64,000 bases of DNA. Origin: Fervidicoccaceae archaeon. GTDB lineage: Archaea > Thermoproteota > Thermoprotei_A > Sulfolobales > Fervidicoccaceae. Made by a program: the position numbers and the translations under genes. The DNA is taken from assembly GCA_038734945.1 (NCBI GenBank), contig JAVYOA010000009.1, positions 186,001-250,000 of the forward strand. The letters run 5' to 3'. Positions within the stretch are counted from its first letter, which is position 1, and each line of letters begins with the position of its first letter. The notes beneath the pieces are model-generated. The model made no database searches. It saw only the letters and a list, made by a program, of their open reading frames with translations, and had not been told where the DNA came from. Positions 58,236-64,000 of this stretch are shown here, one piece after another.

Positions 58236-59063
58236 TTGTATAGTAAGCGGAACATGAAAGGCATCGCTTTACTTCCAGCAGCAAGAATTAGAAAAATAAT
58301 AAATGAAATCTGCTATATTATTGAGGTCGTAGATGCTATAAATCCCGAAGGAACAAGATCACTCACACTTGAAAGAATTATTGGAAAATATAGAAAGCCA
58401 TTTATTCTTGTTCTAAATAAAATCGATCTTCTTCCAAGAAAAGCGAGAGAGGCTTGGATTAATTATTATAAATCAAAGGGAATTGATCCCATTCCTGTTT
58501 CAGCAAAGAAGGGCAAAGGAAAAAAAGAACTAATTGATGCAATTCTCTCTCTTGCGGATAAATGCGAAGGAAAGAAGGCTATCGGCATGGTATGTGGAGT
58601 TCCAAAGACAGGCAAGTCATCCATAATCAACATGCTGAAAAAGAAAGAGTCCGCTCAGACAAGCCCATATCCTGGGAAGCCTGGATATACAAAATCGATA
58701 ACATTATACAAAATCACAGGAAACGTATACATTTATGATTCCCCGGGCATATTCCCAGATCCAAGAGATCCCATAGAGAAAATCATTCGCTCCAGATCTC
58801 CTGAGAAGATAGAGGATCCAGTGAAGCCAGCAATCAGTATATTGAAGAGCGCAATATCCTCGCGACCTGAAGTTATAGCAGAGCTCTATGATTTAGAGAG
58901 CTTTACAACAGAATATGAAATTCTCGAAAAAATAGCAATAAAAAGGGGATGGGTTGAGAGGATTTCCAAGGATCCCTTAATAGATCTTGCAGCTGTCAGG
59001 GTTATAATGGACTATCTTAGCGGAAAGCTCAGAGTTTATAGGCTACCTCCCACAAGCCTTTAA
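58236..59063 (+). CDS. circularly permuted YlqF/RbgA-family GTPase
   Basis: G4 LNKID, G5 SAK, G1 GVPKTGKSS, G2 PGYT, G3 DSPG in permuted order. Confidence 0.9.
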   Translation: MYSKRNMKGIALLPAARIRKIINEICYIIEVVDAINPEGTRSLTLERIIGKYRKPFILVLNKIDLLPRKAREAWINYYKSKGIDPIPVSAKKGKGKKELIDAILSLADKCEGKKAIGMVCGVPKTGKSSIINMLKKKESAQTSPYPGKPGYTKSITLYKITGNVYIYDSPGIFPDPRDPIEKIIRSRSPEKIEDPVKPAISILKSAISSRPEVIAELYDLESFTTEYEILEKIAIKRGWVERISKDPLIDLAAVRVIMDYLSGKLRVYRLPPTSL

Positions 59064-60199
59064 ATCTTTGAGATCTCTCTTCTCAGATTTTCCAGGAATC
59101 TGAGCCTCTTCGGAGTGGATGGGTGTGAGCTGAACAACTCAAGGAAAGCACTCTCCTTCTTCTTCATTAGCTCCTCTACAGCCGCATCTATATCTATATC
59201 TTTGGGGGGAACATAGGTCTTTCTTCTATTAGGGAACCAATACTCTGAAGGCTCAAAGGCGAATCCCCCTGTCATTGATATGAAGTAATTTACTATAAAT
59301 AGCATCGCTGCTGATTTGTTGATCTCTTCCCCCATTCTCGGATTGTTCTCGTAAATCAGCGTGAGCCTAGCCAAACCTCTCTGCAACAACCGCGGATTTC
59401 CAGTGAGCTTTGCACTGAAAGAATCAGCAAAGTATTCCCTTAATCTGCTGAAATGCGTAACTAGAAACTGGAATAGAAAGCCGGCTACAAATAAAATTGC
59501 TCCTATTGCCACATAAAGGAGAGGTCCATTGCTTCTCTCTCTCCCATTACCAGCCAGCCAACCCCAAGTTAACAACATCCTTCCTAAGAAGAAAATAGCA
59601 GAAGGTATTAAGCTTATTGCCAAGAGTGCAGCAACATCCCGATGCTTCAGATGTCCTAGTTCATGTCCAAGAACGGCCTCTATTTCCTCTCTAGGGAGGA
59701 GATTCAGGAGTCCTCTTGTTACAGCAACATAGTTTCCTGAAAGTGGTGCTCCAAAGGCGAAAGCATTTGGAGCAGAAACTTCAGCTATTAAAACTCTCGG
59801 AGCCTCCTTCAGACCAGCCTTTTTGCTTAGGTCAGCAACAGAATTAACGAGCCAGACTTCCTCGCTCTTTGGGGTCCTTGTATGATAAATTGCTTTGATA
59901 AGTATAGGGCTCATTAGCCACTGAAGCACCATGAAAATGGCAACAAGAGCTACTGTTGAATAGAGCCAGTCTGCTCCCAATCCGAAATACGCCCCTACAA
60001 GATATATTACTGCTATGCTCCCCATGAAAGTCACTACAACTGTTGTGAGCATTGATGCTTTCAGCCCCATCAATGACTTTGGTGGGCCTCTCACTATTTT
60101 GTCGGCAGAGACAGCCAAAATACCAATAATGACAGCAGCTAGCAGCGAAGCCAATAACATACCGAACATTAAGAATGTGGGAGAGTATATGAGCAGCAT
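59060..60199 (-). CDS. htpX: zinc metalloprotease HtpX (M48)
   Basis: PNAFA.G, AVLGHELGH, SRLREYFAD, FSSHP. Confidence 0.93.
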   Translation of the reverse strand: MLLIYSPTFLMFGMLLASLLAAVIIGILAVSADKIVRGPPKSLMGLKASMLTTVVVTFMGSIAVIYLVGAYFGLGADWLYSTVALVAIFMVLQWLMSPILIKAIYHTRTPKSEEVWLVNSVADLSKKAGLKEAPRVLIAEVSAPNAFAFGAPLSGNYVAVTRGLLNLLPREEIEAVLGHELGHLKHRDVAALLAISLIPSAIFFLGRMLLTWGWLAGNGRERSNGPLLYVAIGAILFVAGFLFQFLVTHFSRLREYFADSFSAKLTGNPRLLQRGLARLTLIYENNPRMGEEINKSAAMLFIVNYFISMTGGFAFEPSEYWFPNRRKTYVPPKDIDIDAAVEELMKKKESAFLELFSSHPSTPKRLRFLENLRREISKI

Positions 60200-60404
60200 T
60201 TTATTCCCCTTGGTATCGTCTTCTTTTTTTAATATTAGAAAGCACAGACAGTTATAAACTTATACTGAAGTTCACTGTCCACATTAACAGAGTTTATAAT
60301 TGTACGCATGCGAATATATACTATCAACCTATTAAACGATAAACAATTTTAAAAAATAATTGATAAAACGAACAATGATTATAAAAAATTTTGAGGTGCC
60401 GTTC

Positions 60405-61010
60405 TTGTCGAATATTAACAATGAGGAAATGATAGAGATAACCTGGTTAGGAAGAGGGGGACAGGGTGCTGTTACAGCGGCAGAGCTCTTAGCAATTGCT
60501 GCTATAGGAGAGGGAAAAGCAGCCGTTGCTATTCCAGAGTTCGGAGCAGAGAGAAGAGGGGCTCCAGTGAGAGCCTATAACAGGCTTTCCTCCTCTATGA
60601 AGGAGCTTCCAAAAACCCCCATAGTTTCCCCAAACATTCTGGTAGTCATAGATCCAAGCTTGGTAACAAAGGCAGAGCAGTATGTTAATTTTGAGAGATT
60701 GCGCTATGTAGTTTCCAATACAAGCATGTCCAGAGAGGATCTAAATCGCTTCTATGGTGGGAGGCTCTCCAATAAGGAGATATTCACAGTTGATGCATCT
60801 AAGATTGCTCTAGAAATATTCGGAAGACCCATTTACAACACCATAATGCTAGGAGCACTTGTGGGTTCAATCCCGCTTGTTAAAATTGAGAACCTTGAAA
60901 ACGTCATAAAGAAGAACTTTTCCGGAAAACTCGTTGAATTGAACATGAAGGCCGTCTCTTCAGGTATAAACATGGTGAAGAGAACAGTTTCTGCAGGTGG
61001 TGGAATTTGA
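60405..61010 (+). CDS. porG: 2-oxoacid:ferredoxin oxidoreductase gamma subunit
   Basis: GRGGQGAVTA, FGAERRGAPV, NTIMLGA; start uncertain (60360/60405/60429). Confidence 0.92.
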   Translation: MSNINNEEMIEITWLGRGGQGAVTAAELLAIAAIGEGKAAVAIPEFGAERRGAPVRAYNRLSSSMKELPKTPIVSPNILVVIDPSLVTKAEQYVNFERLRYVVSNTSMSREDLNRFYGGRLSNKEIFTVDASKIALEIFGRPIYNTIMLGALVGSIPLVKIENLENVIKKNFSGKLVELNMKAVSSGINMVKRTVSAGGGI

Positions 61011-61321
61011 AGGAATTTAAGAGCTGGAAGGATTATCCCATCGGAGGAATCATTAGTGAGCCAGGAAGCACTCTTGAATTAGACGTTAGTGGATGGAGAA
61101 ACGAGAGGCCGCAGATCGATCAGGAGAAATGTATTAGGTGCAGAATATGCTGGATTTTCTGTCCAGATGCTGCTATTATAGAAGAAGAAAAGCCATACAC
61201 GACTAAAACAGGTAAGAGCTATAGGCTCACATACAGCGTTGATTATGTTCATTGCAAGGGCTGTGGTATATGTGCTCAGGAGTGCCCTGCCAAAGCTATA
61301 CAAATGATTCCGGAGGTGTGA
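61007..61321 (+). CDS. porD: 2-oxoacid:ferredoxin oxidoreductase delta subunit
   Basis: WR..RP, CIRCRICWIFCPD, CKGCGICAQECP. Confidence 0.93.
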   Translation: MKEFKSWKDYPIGGIISEPGSTLELDVSGWRNERPQIDQEKCIRCRICWIFCPDAAIIEEEKPYTTKTGKSYRLTYSVDYVHCKGCGICAQECPAKAIQMIPEV

Positions 61322-61324
61322 GAA

Positions 61325-62533
61325 ATGACAGCGGTTATCGAAAGAAGGAAAGAAATGAAGGCACTGTCAACCAACAAGGCAGTAGCTGAAGCAGTCAAGG
61401 ACTCAGATGTAGATGTTGTTGCTGCATATCCTATAACTCCTCAGACAACAGTTGTCGAGAGAATTGCTGAGCTAATAGGAGAAGGCCAGCTTGAAGCCGA
61501 GATCATTCATGTAGAAAGTGAGCATAGCGCCCTAAGTGCCGTTATCGGAGCATCTGCAGTTGGAGCAAGGGTCTTCACAGCAACAGCAAGTCAAGGGCTA
61601 GCTCTCATGCATGAGGTTCTTCATATAACCAGTGGCTTGAGACTTCCAGTTGTAATGAGTGTTGCCATGAGATCTCTCTCTGCTCCGATAAGCATTTTCA
61701 ACGACCACAGTGATGTAATGAACCAGAGAGATAGTGGATGGATAATGATCTTTGCTAGCACTGCTCAAGAAGCCTATGATTCAATAATACAGGCATATAG
61801 AATAGCTGAGAATCCAGAGGTACTCTTGCCTGTCATGGTGACATATGATGGGTACCTGATGAGCCATACAATCGAGCCTGTTGAAGTTCTTGGCAAATAT
61901 GTGAGCGAGGAATACATACCAAAGAAACAAACGTGGAATGTCTTAGATCCAGACAAACCTATTACCATGGGGACAATAACATCACCTGACTACTACTACG
62001 AGTTCAAATATTCGCAGGCAGTAGCGCTAGAGGGATCACTTCCTCACATTATAAAAGCAGACGAGGATTTCAGAAAACTGTATGGAAGAGGCTATGGAGT
62101 TGTGGACAGCTACAGATTAGAGGATGCTGAAATAGCAGTTCTAGCAACATCTTCATACTATATCAACCTAAAGTATGCTGTAGATGAGGTAAGGAAGAGA
62201 GGAATAAAGGCGGGAGCAATAAAGCTGAGGGTTTACAGACCTTTCCCAAGAGAGCAATTGTACTCAATGATCAAAGGGCTGAGTGCACTAGGAGTAATTG
62301 ATAGATCTGTTAGCTTCGGCATGACTCCGAGTGGACCAATTGCACTGGACATAATGTCCTCCTACAGATACAGAGATGCTCCTCCCGTTCAGAGTTTCAT
62401 AGCTGGTCTTGGGCAGAGAAGGATGCTTATTGAGGATTTCGTAAAAATATTCGAGATATTGGAGAAGAGAGCTGCAACCAATTCAATTTCTGAGAAGAGC
62501 ATATTCTATGGGGTGAAGGGAGTTGAGCTTTGA
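61325..62533 (+). CDS. porA: 2-oxoacid:ferredoxin oxidoreductase alpha subunit
   Basis: AYPITPQT, VESEHSA, TATASQGL, RPFP. Confidence 0.95.
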   Translation: MTAVIERRKEMKALSTNKAVAEAVKDSDVDVVAAYPITPQTTVVERIAELIGEGQLEAEIIHVESEHSALSAVIGASAVGARVFTATASQGLALMHEVLHITSGLRLPVVMSVAMRSLSAPISIFNDHSDVMNQRDSGWIMIFASTAQEAYDSIIQAYRIAENPEVLLPVMVTYDGYLMSHTIEPVEVLGKYVSEEYIPKKQTWNVLDPDKPITMGTITSPDYYYEFKYSQAVALEGSLPHIIKADEDFRKLYGRGYGVVDSYRLEDAEIAVLATSSYYINLKYAVDEVRKRGIKAGAIKLRVYRPFPREQLYSMIKGLSALGVIDRSVSFGMTPSGPIALDIMSSYRYRDAPPVQSFIAGLGQRRMLIEDFVKIFEILEKRAATNSISEKSIFYGVKGVEL

Positions 62534-63479
62534 GGAAACCAGAATAAAAACACTGTGGGACATACCTAAAGAGGAGCACTTCGTTGGAGGGCATTCTCTC
62601 TGTGCTGGATGCACTGCTTCAACAATAGTAAGACATCTTCTCAAAGTAGCAGGACGAAACACAATCGTTGTCAATGCCACAGGCTGTGTAGAGGTCTCAA
62701 CCACTTCATTCCCATATACAGCCTGGAGAGTTCCGTGGCTTCATGTAGCTTTCGAAAATGCTGGAGCTGTTGCCTCAGGAGTTGAATCGGCAATAAAGGC
62801 GATGAAAGCCAAGGGAATGATTCCCTTCGAGAAGGAAATAAACGTTATAGCTCTTGCTGGGGATGGAGGCAGCTTTGATATTGGATTCCAGGCACTGAGC
62901 GGTCTCATGGAAAGAGGCCACAAAGTGATGTTCGTCATCTATGATAATGAGGCATACATGAACACGGGGATTCAGAGAAGCGGTGCCACTCCATTTGGAG
63001 CTTGGACAACAACAACACCTGTGACAAGGAGAATAAGGGGTGAATGGAGGACAAAGAAGGACATGTTCGATATAGCTATAGCACATGGGCTGGATTATGT
63101 TGCTACAGCTAATCCAGCATACCCAGTGGACATGGATGTTAAGTTCCAGAAGGGTCTCAACACCGATGGCCCTTCCTTAGTTCACGTGATCATGCCATGC
63201 ACCACAGGTTGGAGATTCGAGCCAAGATATGGAATAACCATAGCGAAGCTAGCTACAGAAACTGCCGTGTGGATAAACATGGAATATGATAGGGGTAACT
63301 TCAGCGTAACTGTACCAGTGAGAAAGAGGAAGCACGTGAGAGAATATCTGAAGCTGCAAGGAAGATACTCTCACCTGAGCGATTTAGAAATAGAGCTCAT
63401 TCAGCAGCAGATCGATAGAAAAGTGGAGGAAATAAACAGAAGAGCCGGAAAGGAAGTTATCGGCCCCCTCGAGGCTTAA
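62523..63479 (+). CDS. porB: 2-oxoacid:ferredoxin oxidoreductase beta subunit
   Basis: GH.LCAGC, TGC, AGDGG, YDNEAYMNTG.QRS, PC.TGW. Confidence 0.95.
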   Translation: MSFEETRIKTLWDIPKEEHFVGGHSLCAGCTASTIVRHLLKVAGRNTIVVNATGCVEVSTTSFPYTAWRVPWLHVAFENAGAVASGVESAIKAMKAKGMIPFEKEINVIALAGDGGSFDIGFQALSGLMERGHKVMFVIYDNEAYMNTGIQRSGATPFGAWTTTTPVTRRIRGEWRTKKDMFDIAIAHGLDYVATANPAYPVDMDVKFQKGLNTDGPSLVHVIMPCTTGWRFEPRYGITIAKLATETAVWINMEYDRGNFSVTVPVRKRKHVREYLKLQGRYSHLSDLEIELIQQQIDRKVEEINRRAGKEVIGPLEA

Positions 63480-64000
63480 ACCCTCCTTTTTTGTTTATAT
63501 TCATCTATTCTTTTAGCTAAAAGCTCATAGGTTTCCTTCGGATCAGCCTTCTTGTTGGTAGCTTCCATCACCTTTCCAATCAAAAATTGGATAGCCCTTG
63601 GATTGTTAATAGCATCTTCGACAGCCTTTCTGTTTTCGGAAACTATCTTTTCAATAACTTTGGAGAGCTCCTCACCACTAACTTTCCCGATCCAACCTCT
63701 TGCATTGAGAATATCCTCCAATCTCTTTCCAGAGACTAACTCAGGAATTACTTCCTTAGCAATTTTTATGGAAATAGCTTCAGTTCTTAAGAGCTCTAAC
63801 AGTTTGGCCATTTCGGACGGAGGAACAACATTTCCTATCTCCTTGATTCTCTCAGCACCTATCCACCCAACTAGATCATTGGCTATAAGCGCTGCTGCTC
63901 TTTCAGCATTTATAGTAGTACCCTTCATCACCTCCTCAAAATATTCAGCCAATCTTCTGTTAGAAGAGATTGCATGAGCCAAGTATTCGCTAATCCCATA
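63476..64000 (-). CDS. gatB: Asp-tRNA(Asn) amidotransferase subunit B, C-terminal part (starts beyond the window)
   Basis: Frame is open to the window edge (YGISEYLAHAI...); YqeY-like tail FLIGKVMEAT..KADP. Confidence 0.85.
   Translation of the reverse strand, partial: YGISEYLAHAISSNRRLAEYFEEVMKGTTINAERAAALIANDLVGWIGAERIKEIGNVVPPSEMAKLLELLRTEAISIKIAKEVIPELVSGKRLEDILNARGWIGKVSGEELSKVIEKIVSENRKAVEDAINNPRAIQFLIGKVMEATNKKADPKETYELLAKRIDEYKQKRRV

Noticed and set aside
57985..58284. 99-aa minus-strand ORF
   Set aside because: Atypical composition, overlaps the GTPase start, no RBS.
60251..60259. GTTATAAAC resembling a SurR site upstream of por genes
   Set aside because: A single short match that coincides with a likely TATA box of the divergent htpX/por region.

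Overview
Archaeal chromosomal window, most likely Thermoproteota (Desulfurococcales/Fervidicoccales-like). This placement is inferred from PolB1, GatDE plus GatB, Nop5-fibrillarin, DTD2, four-subunit POR/VOR, an intron-containing tRNA and GGTGA/GGAGG RBSs with many TTG/GTG starts. It is gene-dense, with no CRISPR array, provirus or intact transposase. Main content: (i) an iron/Fe-S block (TRASH protein, rubrerythrin-VIT1, SufCB/SmsCB); (ii) an 11.5 kb candidate nucleobase-catabolism locus with two different xanthine-dehydrogenase-family Mo enzymes, a dihydroorotase-type amidohydrolase, a divergent PyrB with no PyrI beside it, and an NCS2 permease; (iii) PolB1; (iv) a hydantoinase/oxoprolinase A+B pair inside a peptide ABC transporter locus with an M24 peptidase; (v) a five-gene CstA/ArsA-ATPase module; (vi) two tRNA-Thr genes, one with an intron; (vii) translation and RNA-modification genes (serS, dtdA, nop5, flpA, trm1, gatDE, gatB) and por genes. 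Features missed by the ORF track: four C/D-box guide sRNAs (two in tandem; predicted targets include 23S G2446 and A1938 in E. coli numbering and wobble U34 of tRNA-Arg(UCU)), a probable CTG start codon, a 75-bp identical tract shared by two otherwise diverged FAD-subunit paralogs, and an IS200/IS605 right-end relic. All family calls rest on motif recognition by eye; no database searches were run.
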